From a virus (lineage: Duplodnaviria; Caudoviricetes): a DNA stretch of 30,945 bases. The stretch spans positions 1-30,945 of IMG/VR virus record IMGVR_UViG_3300016464_000103; one strand, written 5' to 3'. Position numbers and translations under genes: made by a program. Below, piece after piece: positions 18,484 through 27,030 of this stretch; position 1 is the first letter of the stretch, and the number at the start of each line of letters is the position of its first letter. The notes beneath the pieces are model-generated. The model saw only the letters and a list, made by a program, of their open reading frames with translations. It did no database searches and was not told the origin of the DNA.

Positions 18484-21192
18484 ATGCCCGTCGCAATTGA
18501 TCGGAAGGATCGAATGTGGACGGCCGACAACCTCAACGGGTTGTATGCTCGGTTCGATCAAAAGGTTGCTCGGGTCTTTGACGGCAAAACTCCTTTTGCC
18601 TGTGGATACGGTGCCAGCATAATTCCGTTGGGAGTTCATTATGATTATTGTGTCGATCCTGATACTAGCTTTTACATAACTGGATCAACCGCTAGTGACA
18701 CAAAGATTGAGATTGAGTTATCCAAGTTAGAGAACAAGCACATTGATCCAGTAGCAGGTGAGGTCTTTGTTGATACATACGTTTCATCATTCGATGGAAC
18801 ATTTTGTGATGTAGCATCAATCCAGAAAAGCTTCAAGCTGCACAAGCGAAACATCAACGGCATTGACTACGATGTCCACTTAGGTTGGGACAGTCCAAAC
18901 GCGGGATTGTCGTCTTATGTCAGACAATATTTGGACGACATCGGATCTGTTCCAACATTACCTCCCGGCCGCATTCACAAACACAAGACCGCTGTTGCTG
19001 AAATAAGAATTGAAGGTCTAACGACGTTCAGCATCTTGAACAGCTACCAGCGATATGATTGCTGGAGAGTCCACAATTTCGGGAGAAGATCGTTAGAAGT
19101 CAGGCTTCAGCTTCCAGACGGATCTGCTCAACGGGAGTACATTGCAGCCAAAGGATGCCGATCATTCCGACGCAGGAGTGATGGAACATGGGCAACAACT
19201 TGGCCCAATGGCTCTCCGTGTTATTACTTCTTCCCATACTTCACCGGAGACGTTCCATACTTTGCTGGCGGTCCTCCGATGTATGGTCAGCTTGATTCTC
19301 TGGCCGTCTGTCTGGAGCGGTCAGCAAAGGCAAACAACGTTGCCAACCCATTCATTCTGACCCAATGGATGAGAGCGTTGGATTCTTGGGTTGATGGGCT
19401 TCTTGGTTTGGATCTTCGGCAGATGTATCCAGAATATGCAGACCCGACCAATGCGAATACAATTATTGGAGACTGCATATTTACATGGGGCAGAGCGCGA
19501 ATAACTGTCTACAACACAACAACAAACATTGTATCGCAAGATTACTTCAAGATTTTCAGAGGCTCGACATCATTTGTCTCTGATCTTGAATCTGTTGGAA
19601 TCAATGTTGTTGTGAATCAAACCCTGCTTGAACTATCAAGCAAGCTTCCGAATACAGCCATCAAGATTTACCCAATAGACTGCAACGTATTTTTTACGCC
19701 CAACAATCCCTACTGGCTAATCACTCCGACGGTTGGTTATTTTGATATTTCGTATCCGACACGATATTTCAAGCAAGACAACGCAAATCCAACGACAGCG
19801 AAGTATTGGAGCTTCGGCAACGATCCAAATTGGTTAGAGAGCATAAGGACTTTGCGTCGTCGCGTTGCTGTTGAGGAGGGCTTCATCAACAATTATGACG
19901 ATGTTACTGATATTCCAGAAGAGAAGGTGAGTCTTGTTTCTCTGACGCCTCTTGGGCTTATGTGTCAAGCGGCATCAAGTCAGGATATTACCGTTTATGA
20001 TGCAAATGCGTTTGCTTCGATTCCAGACTATGAGAGATCCGCAAACTCAATGGAGTTGAGGACTACTGTGAGAGAGTCTGGATTTGGGTCTGGTATTTAT
20101 TTGAACAGCCGGTACTGCTCCAGCAATAAGACTTACCTGCTGACTCAACCGAGCAACGTCAGCGGCTGGTACGGTCATGTATTCCCGCAGATCTCGACCG
20201 ACTCAGATTTTCCGGCATCCAAGCCTGCGATCAACTGTGGATATGTTCCGCTTGGTGGTCCGTGGGGATTCTCCAGCAGCGTTTTTGATCCAAACCTCCA
20301 GCGAGTGCTGACGACCAATCCGGCAAGTCCGGCGACCACCGGAGTCTTCGGGTCTGATTTCTGGATCAACAAGTGGGGCGGAAAAGGCGGGGTTGATGCC
20401 TCCGTCCGAATCCTCGGTCAGCCCAACAAGACCGTTCAAAGCACCGGCGCTGTCGATGATGTCTTTTACGATCAAAACACAGCCGGAATGGCTTCTCTCT
20501 GCCCGTGGGTGACCCAACCTCCCGTCAGCACTTCCGAGCAAGCCGAGATTGCAGAGATCCGATTTGTTGCGGACACCTATTTTGCGTGGCCTTTTGATGC
20601 ATCAATTGACACGACTCAAACCGCAGCCGGTGGCGGACCTTTCTACCACAAGATCCCGAAGAGCGCATTCCTGTGGAATCTGCTGGAATCGCAAGTCAGA
20701 GGCTGGACGCGAGCGGTTCCGAGAGGACTCGGAAACGACAACTTCCCGCTCTTTGCGTTCGACGCTGCAGGAGCATTGCAACCGACCAATTTCGGGGACT
20801 TTTATCCGCGAGATCTGTGGGTCACTTCGATGACCTCCGAAGGTCCTTCTCTGTGGCTCACGGAGTCGCAGTATGACTCGCTGATCGCAAACGGAATCCA
20901 AGCGAAGAAGCTCTTCGATCCGGTTACCGCTCTCGATTACTACGTTGTCAGCGCGTACGAGCTTGCGACCTATTCGACCCGACAGGGGTTCTCCTCGTAC
21001 AACTTCGACTGCAACAATCAGGTCCTTTTTGGGGACGAGACCGTCGATGTCGCAGGGACTCAATTTGTGCCGGTCAGGTCCTACGGAACCGGAGACACGA
21101 CGCAGATGGCTTCGTACGAAGCGGGAGGGACGCAGTTCTTCCGAGCGATCCGATACATCGACTTGAGGCTCCCCAACGAGCTTGGAGCTTGA
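18484..21192 (+). CDS. Large (902 aa) putative tail tip/receptor-binding protein
   Basis: Last gene of the structural module; aromatic- and beta-rich; no family recognised. Confidence 0.55.
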   Translation: MPVAIDRKDRMWTADNLNGLYARFDQKVARVFDGKTPFACGYGASIIPLGVHYDYCVDPDTSFYITGSTASDTKIEIELSKLENKHIDPVAGEVFVDTYVSSFDGTFCDVASIQKSFKLHKRNINGIDYDVHLGWDSPNAGLSSYVRQYLDDIGSVPTLPPGRIHKHKTAVAEIRIEGLTTFSILNSYQRYDCWRVHNFGRRSLEVRLQLPDGSAQREYIAAKGCRSFRRRSDGTWATTWPNGSPCYYFFPYFTGDVPYFAGGPPMYGQLDSLAVCLERSAKANNVANPFILTQWMRALDSWVDGLLGLDLRQMYPEYADPTNANTIIGDCIFTWGRARITVYNTTTNIVSQDYFKIFRGSTSFVSDLESVGINVVVNQTLLELSSKLPNTAIKIYPIDCNVFFTPNNPYWLITPTVGYFDISYPTRYFKQDNANPTTAKYWSFGNDPNWLESIRTLRRRVAVEEGFINNYDDVTDIPEEKVSLVSLTPLGLMCQAASSQDITVYDANAFASIPDYERSANSMELRTTVRESGFGSGIYLNSRYCSSNKTYLLTQPSNVSGWYGHVFPQISTDSDFPASKPAINCGYVPLGGPWGFSSSVFDPNLQRVLTTNPASPATTGVFGSDFWINKWGGKGGVDASVRILGQPNKTVQSTGAVDDVFYDQNTAGMASLCPWVTQPPVSTSEQAEIAEIRFVADTYFAWPFDASIDTTQTAAGGGPFYHKIPKSAFLWNLLESQVRGWTRAVPRGLGNDNFPLFAFDAAGALQPTNFGDFYPRDLWVTSMTSEGPSLWLTESQYDSLIANGIQAKKLFDPVTALDYYVVSAYELATYSTRQGFSSYNFDCNNQVLFGDETVDVAGTQFVPVRSYGTGDTTQMASYEAGGTQFFRAIRYIDLRLPNELGA

Positions 21193-21217
21193 CGAAAACC
21201 CAGCGTTGGGTTATTTG
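21189..21217 (+). promoter_or_regulatory. Sigma70-like promoter with palindromic operator AACCCAGCGTTGGGTT (21197-21212) in the spacer
   Basis: TTGACG at 21189-21194; weak -10 (TTATTT/TATTTG); same arrangement at 24456. Confidence 0.7.
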
Positions 21218-21229
21218 GACGGCCGACCG

Positions 21230-21439
21230 ATGAAGTGTCCCGTCTGCAACTCCATTTTTGCCGCAAGCCTCCGCGACATCGCGGTGGAGATGGGGCAAGT
21301 CCGGTCGAAGAAAAAGGCCGAAATCGCTCGCCAAAATGGCGCTCGCGGTGGAAGGCCAAAGAAGACCAATGAGCAAAGAACTAATCCCACAAGCAAAGCA
21401 GTCCGCACTCGCGGTCATGGCAAGCAGGTTCAGCGTTGA
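21230..21439 (+). CDS. Small basic putative DNA-binding protein (CxxC plus SxxKAxxARxNGxxGGRP)
   Basis: MKCPVC...SKKKAEIARQNGARGGRPKK; first ORF after the promoter; 3' end overlaps bet. Confidence 0.55.
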   Translation: MKCPVCNSIFAASLRDIAVEMGQVRSKKKAEIARQNGARGGRPKKTNEQRTNPTSKAVRTRGHGKQVQR

Positions 21440-22046
21440 GCCAGCCCGTCTATTGGAGACGCTGAAGGCTACGTTGATGCCCAAAGCGACAAACGAAGAG
21501 ATGCTCTCATTCGTTGTCGTTGCAAATCAGTACGGACTCAATCCATTCACCCGCGAGATCTACGCATTCCCTGCGCGGAATGGCGGCATCCAGCCGGTTG
21601 TCAGCGTAGATGGATGGATACGCATGATGAACAATCACGCGAGCTTTGACGGAATCCGATTCACGACTGAAGACAAAGACGGCAAGCCGTTCTCGGTGAC
21701 CGCTACAATCCACCTAAAAGACCGGACTCATCCGGTGGAGGTCACCGAGTACTTCAGCGAGTGCAGCCGCAACACCGAGCCGTGGAAGGTCAATCCGCGC
21801 AGGATGCTTCGACACAAAGCGTTGATCCAATGCGCTCGGATCGCGTTTGGCTTCTCTGGCATCGCAGACGAAGAGGAGGCCGCCCCACCAGCCAGCGTCA
21901 ACGTCACGCCGTCCCGCCCGATTTTCCGCAGTAAGCTGGAGCCGAAGGTTGAGATCCAGCCGCATGAACTGGCTCCCGTCGTCAATCCGGTCGCGCCGGC
22001 ATCTGAGGCTCCTACCGCCCAGACTCAGGAGGTGGCCGGTGAGTGA
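21369..22046 (+). CDS. bet: Red-beta/RecT-family single-strand annealing protein
   Basis: ANQYGLNPFTREIYAFP, PVVSVDGW, PWKVNPRRMLRHKALIQCARIAFGFSGI. Confidence 0.9.
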   Translation: MSKELIPQAKQSALAVMASRFSVEPARLLETLKATLMPKATNEEMLSFVVVANQYGLNPFTREIYAFPARNGGIQPVVSVDGWIRMMNNHASFDGIRFTTEDKDGKPFSVTATIHLKDRTHPVEVTEYFSECSRNTEPWKVNPRRMLRHKALIQCARIAFGFSGIADEEEAAPPASVNVTPSRPIFRSKLEPKVEIQPHELAPVVNPVAPASEAPTAQTQEVAGE

Positions 22047-23148
22047 CGAGCGCAATGGTCTCCCGTCCGCATCTGCTGCGAGTCGTTACGCAGCCTGTCT
22101 CGGGAGCTATCAACTGGAGCGGCAGGTCGTCGAGCAGGAGACGAGCGCCGACGCTCATATCGGCAACCGCATCCACGCAGCACTTGCGCTTGAGCCGGTC
22201 ACCGATCTGACGACCGATGAGACGTGGATCATTGACCGCTGCCGCGAGCAGGAGGCTGAACTGGTGGCAAACACCTTCGGAGGCTACGAGACCAACTGCT
22301 TCCGAGAGAAGCGCCTGTGGTCTCTGGACGCTGACGGAAACAAGCTGTGGAGCGGCAAGCCGGATGTCATCTACACCGCAGAGGTGAAGGACAAGCTGTG
22401 GGGTCTCATCATCGACTACAAGAGCGGTCGCGGTGAAGTCGAAGACGCTGCGCAAAACCTCCAATTGCGCTGTCTGGTTGCGCTGTTGGATGAGTCGTGG
22501 GGCTTCAGCTTCGACCGGATCGTCGTTGCAATCATCCAGCCTCTCGCGGGAGGTCCAAGCGTTTCGGTCTACGAGTCGCAGGATATCCACGACGCCATCC
22601 AAGAGAGCGACGAGTTGATGGTCGCAATTCAGAAGCTCGGGCAACCGAGAACACCATCCGAGTCCGCCTGTCGGTACTGCAAAGGCAAGCCGTTCTGCTC
22701 GGAAGCTCGGGATGCCGCTGTGGCGCCACCGCTGACCAATCTGCCTGTCGGAATCACTCCCGATGCGATTGCTGCAACGCTCACCAACCAGACGCTCGCG
22801 GCGTTTCTGGACCGTGCATCACAAGCCGAAGCCGTCATCGACGCTTGCCGAGCGGAAGCTCGGAGACGGATTGCCGAAGGCGAAGCCATCGAAGGTTGGA
22901 CGCTCAGAGACGGTGCGGTGCGCGAGTCGATCAAAGACACGGAAACGGTGTACCTGCGGTTCATTGAGGGAGGCGGGACTTACGAGCAGATCATACCGGC
23001 CGTGACGCTTGCGAAGGCAAAGCTGAAGGACGCGCTGAAAGCATCGACCGGAGCCAAAGGCAAAGAGCTAGAGGACAAGCTGGCGGCTCTGCTTGCTGGA
23101 TGTACCGAATCAAAGGCCACTCAACCGACACTCACGCGCATCAAATGA
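22039..23148 (+). CDS. Cas4-like PD-(D/E)xK exonuclease (DUF2800-like)
   Basis: GTG after CAGGAGG; SASAASRYAAC, GNRIH, GKPD, IIDYKSG, NLQL, IIQP, CRYC...C. Confidence 0.82.
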   Translation: MSDERNGLPSASAASRYAACLGSYQLERQVVEQETSADAHIGNRIHAALALEPVTDLTTDETWIIDRCREQEAELVANTFGGYETNCFREKRLWSLDADGNKLWSGKPDVIYTAEVKDKLWGLIIDYKSGRGEVEDAAQNLQLRCLVALLDESWGFSFDRIVVAIIQPLAGGPSVSVYESQDIHDAIQESDELMVAIQKLGQPRTPSESACRYCKGKPFCSEARDAAVAPPLTNLPVGITPDAIAATLTNQTLAAFLDRASQAEAVIDACRAEARRRIAEGEAIEGWTLRDGAVRESIKDTETVYLRFIEGGGTYEQIIPAVTLAKAKLKDALKASTGAKGKELEDKLAALLAGCTESKATQPTLTRIK

Positions 23149-23579
23149 ACCAGACTCATCCAATGGAACTGGTCCGCGAGTTCATGCGGACCTTCCAGCA
23201 GTACGTCCCGAGCAAGCCGGCATTGCCGGACGGGATCACGCAAAACCTGCGGTTCCGGTTGATCGACGAAGAGGCTCAGGAGCTTGCCGAAGCGACAAGT
23301 GCGGTCGAGTACCTCGACGCGATTGGTGACCTGCTGTACGTCGTTTACGGAGCGGCTCTGGCTGCCGGATTCAGTCCGCACCAGATAGACGCCGCGTTCA
23401 TCGAAATACACCGCAGCAACATGAGCAAATGCTGGTCCGATGACGAGATCGACGGGATTCCGGCTGACTGCCGATCCCACCGAGTCGCGGACAACCGCCA
23501 CATTGTCCGACGGAATGACGGCAAGATCGTCAAGTCTCCGAGCTATTCACCGGCTCGGCTGGAGGGATACACGCGATGA
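23145..23579 (+). CDS. MazG-like nucleotide pyrophosphohydrolase
   Basis: LIDEEAQEL...LDAIGDLLYVVYG...EIHRSNMSK...DGKIVK. Confidence 0.88.
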   Translation: MNQTHPMELVREFMRTFQQYVPSKPALPDGITQNLRFRLIDEEAQELAEATSAVEYLDAIGDLLYVVYGAALAAGFSPHQIDAAFIEIHRSNMSKCWSDDEIDGIPADCRSHRVADNRHIVRRNDGKIVKSPSYSPARLEGYTR

Positions 23580-23905
23580 GATACGTTTGGGCAAGATCCT
23601 TCGGGCGGCTCATGTGCGATGCCGAAGTCCACGCGACGGACGACGGCAAGCGGTTCTTGATCTGCACCATCGAACACGATCAACGGACCCTGCATACCGG
23701 CAAGACCTACGCGCAACGAGTGCTTTTCCGATCATTCGATCAGGAGGACATCGCGGTCGCTGACCAGTTGCGGAAAGGCACTTGGATCATGGTCGATGGT
23801 GAGACCGATGCGGTGGCCGACAAGAGCAGCACCGGCTGGTGGTACGCAAACGTTCGCATCACCGGCAGGTTGCAGGAAATCACCCCATCCTGCGATGCGC
23901 GTTGA
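23576..23905 (+). CDS. Divergent OB-fold SSB-like protein lacking an acidic tail
   Basis: GRLMCDAEVHATDDGK and LRKGTWIMVDG resemble SSB motifs. Confidence 0.5.
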   Translation: MRYVWARSFGRLMCDAEVHATDDGKRFLICTIEHDQRTLHTGKTYAQRVLFRSFDQEDIAVADQLRKGTWIMVDGETDAVADKSSTGWWYANVRITGRLQEITPSCDAR

Positions 23906-24317
23906 CTTCTTCATCGCCGGAATCCCGAAGGCTCAACCGCGAGTCAAAGCATTCCGTCGCGGCAACCATGCGGGAGTCTACACGCCGGACTCAGCCGAGT
24001 CTTGGAAGCAAGCGGTGCGTCTGGAAGCCATCGCAAACGCTCCAGAATCCGTTTTGGCGCATCCGATCCGCATCTCGCTGGACTTCTTCCTTCCGCGACC
24101 CAAAGCGCATCTCAAGCAGGATGGCAGCGTGAAGGCAAACCAACCAATCTGGCATTGCAAAAAGCCGGACTTGGACAACCTCATCAAAGCGGTGACGGAC
24201 GCGATCACCGACACTCAACGGATCTGGCTCGATGATAGCCAGATCTGCACGGTTTCAGCGACCAAGACCTACCGTCTGAATGCTGCCGGTTGCAGCGTGA
24301 GAATTGACGCTGACTGA
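23895..24317 (+). CDS. rusA: RusA-family Holliday junction resolvase
   Basis: GIPKAQPR, KPDLDNLIKAVTDA, WLDDSQI. Confidence 0.9.
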   Translation: MRVDFFIAGIPKAQPRVKAFRRGNHAGVYTPDSAESWKQAVRLEAIANAPESVLAHPIRISLDFFLPRPKAHLKQDGSVKANQPIWHCKKPDLDNLIKAVTDAITDTQRIWLDDSQICTVSATKTYRLNAAGCSVRIDAD

Positions 24318-24323
24318 CCTCTC

Positions 24324-24394
24324 GGGAATGCGGCATGGTACGCAGGGAGATCCTGCGGCGGGCTAGTGGTGCCTCATCGAAACACCGCATTTCC
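24324..24394 (+). ncRNA. Candidate structured intergenic RNA (multi-stem)
   Basis: Outer stem GGGAATGCGG/CCGCATTTCC enclosing CGCAGG/CCTGCG and GGGC/GCCT hairpins; strand assumed. Confidence 0.4.
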
Positions 24395-24455
24395 TTAGGA
24401 TTTCCGCAGGTTTTAGAGCCCTCAAAAGATTTTTGCAGAAAAGTGCAATTTGCTG

Positions 24456-24485
24456 TTGACGGAAACCCAGCGTTGGGTTTAGCTA
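24456..24485 (+). promoter_or_regulatory. Sigma70-like promoter with operator AAACCCAGCGTTGGGTTT (24463-24480)
   Basis: TTGACG at 24456-24461, TTAGCT after a 17-bp spacer, A/T tracts upstream (UP-like). Confidence 0.75.
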
Positions 24486-24531
24486 TCTCCATCGACGGCA
24501 ATCAAGCCGCCGAAGAAACCGAAAGAATACG

Positions 24532-24789
24532 ATGAACAAAGACACCAACATTACGGTTCAACTCCCTACCGAGCCTTCCTATTGGGGAAGTGAAGCCACC
24601 GAGTCCGACGTCGAACGCATCCTGAGCAATCTGGAGTCGATGATCTCCAGAGAGTTTGCCGACAGTCCGTACAACATCAGCTTTGAGCGCACAGCAAGCC
24701 CGACCGGCTCCGGAATCCACGGCGACTGCGAAGCGGCTTGCGATGATGTCCGCGTGTTCATCGAAGAAAACTGGATTGCGGCTCTGTAA
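24532..24789 (+). CDS. Hypothetical early protein (acidic)
   Basis: First ORF after promoter; A-rich leader. Confidence 0.65.
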   Translation: MNKDTNITVQLPTEPSYWGSEATESDVERILSNLESMISREFADSPYNISFERTASPTGSGIHGDCEAACDDVRVFIEENWIAAL

Positions 24790-24810
24790 AAAACCAAACC
24801 ATCAACACCC

Positions 24811-25005
24811 ATGAAATACCATTGCAAAGACCGAGAGAATCGAACCCTAAGCAGCCACAGCAGCGTCTCGGAGGCTCTCCGAGCGCGGGAGGTCTGGCTG
24901 CACACTCGGGAGCTTGTCGGCATCGCTGACAGCACCGGAAGGCTCCTGAGCGCCGAAGAACTCTACCAAGCCAAAGCCGCCGTCTGGCTGAAAGGTCTGC
25001 GATGA
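24811..25005 (+). CDS. Hypothetical protein
   Basis: Strong A/C-rich leader; ATGA overlap with next gene. Confidence 0.65.
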   Translation: MKYHCKDRENRTLSSHSSVSEALRAREVWLHTRELVGIADSTGRLLSAEELYQAKAAVWLKGLR

Positions 25006-25328
25006 ATCTGGAACCACTTATTGCGGCTCTCATCATCGTCGAGTCCAGCGGCAACGACATGGCGATTGGAGACGGAGGCCGCGCCATCGGTCCGCTCCAG
25101 ATTCACAAGAGCGTTGTGATCGACGCAAATCGGATTGCCGGAACCCACTACACCCACCAGCAGATGACCAACCGAGCCACCGCTCGGAAGGTTTGCGAAG
25201 TCTATCTGACGCACTACGGCAAAGGCTGCACGACCGAGCAACTGGCTCGCAAATGGAACGGTGGCCCAACCGGAGACAAGAAGTCAGCGACCGTACCTTA
25301 CTGGAACAAAGTCAAAAAGCATTTATGA
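25002..25328 (+). CDS. Lysozyme-fold muramidase/lytic transglycosylase (i-type/destabilase-like)
   Basis: IIVESSG (catalytic Glu), GPLQI, ARKWNGGP...TVPYWNKV. Confidence 0.75.
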   Translation: MNLEPLIAALIIVESSGNDMAIGDGGRAIGPLQIHKSVVIDANRIAGTHYTHQQMTNRATARKVCEVYLTHYGKGCTTEQLARKWNGGPTGDKKSATVPYWNKVKKHL

Positions 25329-25480
25329 AATACAAAACGCTGAACATAACAGAAGAGACTCATAACAAACTACGCGAGTATTGTAATAAGGAGGGAATTA
25401 TCATGCAGCACTATGCGGACAAGATCATCCGCGAGTGGCTTGAATTGATTCAGAAAAAGCAACAGGAGGCCAAGCCGTGA
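25325..25480 (+). CDS. Ribbon-helix-helix-like DNA-binding protein (51 aa)
   Basis: KTLNITEETHNKLREYCNKEG...ADKIIREWL; ATGA overlap. Confidence 0.6.
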   Translation: MKYKTLNITEETHNKLREYCNKEGIIMQHYADKIIREWLELIQKKQQEAKP

Positions 25481-25707
25481 GCGTCGAACAACGACTGCTT
25501 GAATTGGCCGACGAGACTCTCCGCGATGCTCGATGGAAAACAGAGATTCGCAAAATCGCAGAGGAACTGCGGATGATAGAGGCTCGCATCAAGCGGCTGG
25601 AGGAGGCGGGGGATGCGATGGCTACATGGCTGTCAGACCCAAGGAATTTGGGAGACGATCCGTTCATGTCTTCGCAATGGCAAAAAGCCAAGGAGGCAAA
25701 GCCGTGA
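25477..25707 (+). CDS. Cassette mini-gene 1 (coiled-coil, RIKRLEEAG...W..AKEAKP)
   Basis: GTG start in junction repeat with GGAGG. Confidence 0.7.
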   Translation: MSVEQRLLELADETLRDARWKTEIRKIAEELRMIEARIKRLEEAGDAMATWLSDPRNLGDDPFMSSQWQKAKEAKP

Positions 25708-25937
25708 GCGATACGCCTCGAACCGAAGCAGAGGTGAACCGGAAGAAATGCTGGTCCGATGACCTCATCACCATCGACGCGAACTTCGCGTGTCAGTTAG
25801 AACGAGAACTCAACGCAGCGAACGACCGCATCAAGCGTCTGGAGGAGGCTGGCGATGCACTCAAAGCAGCAGGTTATTTCGGTGGATGGAACGATGCGGT
25901 CAGCAAATGGGTAAATGCAAAGGAGGCCAAGCCGTGA
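25704..25937 (+). CDS. Cassette mini-gene 2 (DTPR...CQLERELNAANDRIKRLEEAG...EAKP)
   Basis: GTG start in junction repeat. Confidence 0.7.
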   Translation: MSDTPRTEAEVNRKKCWSDDLITIDANFACQLERELNAANDRIKRLEEAGDALKAAGYFGGWNDAVSKWVNAKEAKP

Positions 25938-26167
25938 CCAACCAGATCAACGACGGCGGACCGGCGTTCGCGCGGGACAGCCACATGGATAAGCAGATCG
26001 GTCTGTACGTTCAGCAGCAGGGGATGAGTTTACGCGACTACTTCGCAGCGGCGGCGTTGCAGGGAATACTTGCTCGCGGCCAATCGCTCTTATCAAAGAA
26101 ATGTGAGGTTCTTGAGGCGTTCAAGTATTCGGACGAGATGCTCAAAGCGAGGGAGGCCAAACCGTGA
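25934..26167 (+). CDS. Cassette mini-gene 3, phage family with DGGPAF...GMSLRDYFAA motif
   Basis: Motif recognised from other phages; function unknown; ends EAKP. Confidence 0.75.
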   Translation: MTNQINDGGPAFARDSHMDKQIGLYVQQQGMSLRDYFAAAALQGILARGQSLLSKKCEVLEAFKYSDEMLKAREAKP

Positions 26168-26517
26168 GAGACACCCCACGCATGAACGCAGCGCAAAAGG
26201 CTGCGATGGAACACATGACCGGAGATGTCTGGCGTGTTGGTTGTCAGCTCGAACGCGAACTCAACGCCGCCAACGACCGTATCCAATCACTCATCGAAGA
26301 ACGCGACAGAGCCAATCGACTTGCAGAATGGAAATGGAACCTGCGCGATGAGTTTCAACTGCTACTCGGAACAGACAAAATCGAGGAAGGAATCGAAGCG
26401 GTGAAGGAATTGAAACAACGCATCAAGCGGCTTGAGGAAGCGGGTAATGCGATGATGTCTGAACCGTGCGAATACACGTTTGAACAATGGATCAAAACAA
26501 AGGAGAACAAGCCGTGA
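26164..26517 (+). CDS. Cassette mini-gene 4 (mini-gene 2 modules with an internal insertion)
   Basis: DTPR, CQLERELNAANDRI, RIKRLEEAG, ENKP. Confidence 0.7.
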   Translation: MRDTPRMNAAQKAAMEHMTGDVWRVGCQLERELNAANDRIQSLIEERDRANRLAEWKWNLRDEFQLLLGTDKIEEGIEAVKELKQRIKRLEEAGNAMMSEPCEYTFEQWIKTKENKP

Positions 26518-26624
26518 AACAATCCATGCAATGCGCTAAATGCTTTAGATCCTGCCGCTTGTCGAAGACTGGAAAGACATGGATCTGCGTGATTTGCAAA
26601 CACAGGGAGAAGGCCAAACCATGA
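26514..26624 (+). CDS. Cassette mini-gene 5, 36-aa zinc ribbon (CAKC...CVIC, ends KAKP)
   Basis: Translated by hand; bounded by two junction repeats. Confidence 0.55.
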   Translation: MKQSMQCAKCFRSCRLSKTGKTWICVICKHREKAKP

Positions 26625-26824
26625 GCGACAAACACACGATGCCATCCTACCTCTGCAAGTTAGAGCAGGAGGTGCAGGAGCTGCGTGTCCTGAACGAGTA
26701 CCTGCGGCAGAAGAACGGAAAGCTGAACGACCGGATTCGGCACCTCATCAAGCTCGGGCTGGAAACGGCAGAGTACGGGCTACAAAACCACCGAGAACAA
26801 TGGGAACAGGAGGAGGAGCTGTGA
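26621..26824 (+). CDS. Hypothetical coiled-coil protein, degenerate member of the cassette family
   Basis: CKLEQE...LNDRIRHLIKLG...EQW echoes CQLERE...NDRIKRLEEAG...EQW. Confidence 0.6.
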   Translation: MSDKHTMPSYLCKLEQEVQELRVLNEYLRQKNGKLNDRIRHLIKLGLETAEYGLQNHREQWEQEEEL

Positions 26825-27030
26825 GCCTGTCCGTCGCATTCGTCTACAAGCACAGAATGACCAGCGAAGTGCTTGTGGTGGACATCGACCGCGCACGAGA
26901 ACTCGACGCATCCAGACAGTACTGGAAGCACGTTTCAACGGTCGATCCAATCGTCATACTCCAACTCATCGTCAAATCCAAAGGACACAAGCGGGCCAAG
27001 ATCATCAGGGAACTATCAGAACAACAATGA
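26821..27030 (+). CDS. Hypothetical protein
   Basis: GTG after GGAGGAG; 4-nt overlaps at both ends. Confidence 0.6.
   Translation: MSLSVAFVYKHRMTSEVLVVDIDRARELDASRQYWKHVSTVDPIVILQLIVKSKGHKRAKIIRELSEQQ

Larger units (their letters stand above)
25464..26624 (+). repeat. Six copies of a 17-nt gene-junction repeat, consensus AGGAGGCCAAGCCGTGA
   Basis: 25464-25480, 25691-25707, 25921-25937, 26151-26167, 26501-26517, 26608-26624; 0-3 mismatches to consensus. Confidence 0.9.

Noticed and set aside
24324-24394. Hammerhead ribozyme or tRNA
   Set aside because: GAAAC is present but no CUGANGA core on either strand; no T-loop GTTCRA or cloverleaf
24335-24535. 66-aa ORF across the intergenic region
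   Set aside because: Runs through the RNA structure and promoter/operator; no leader or protein-like features
25585-26450. Diversity-generating retroelement TR/VR pair
   Set aside because: No reverse transcriptase; differences between repeats are mostly synonymous and not adenine-specific
25464-26624. Junction repeats as a CRISPR array
   Set aside because: Repeats are 17 nt and non-palindromic, the 90-330 nt intervals are open reading frames, and there is no cas operon; the Cas4-like gene sits in a recombination operon
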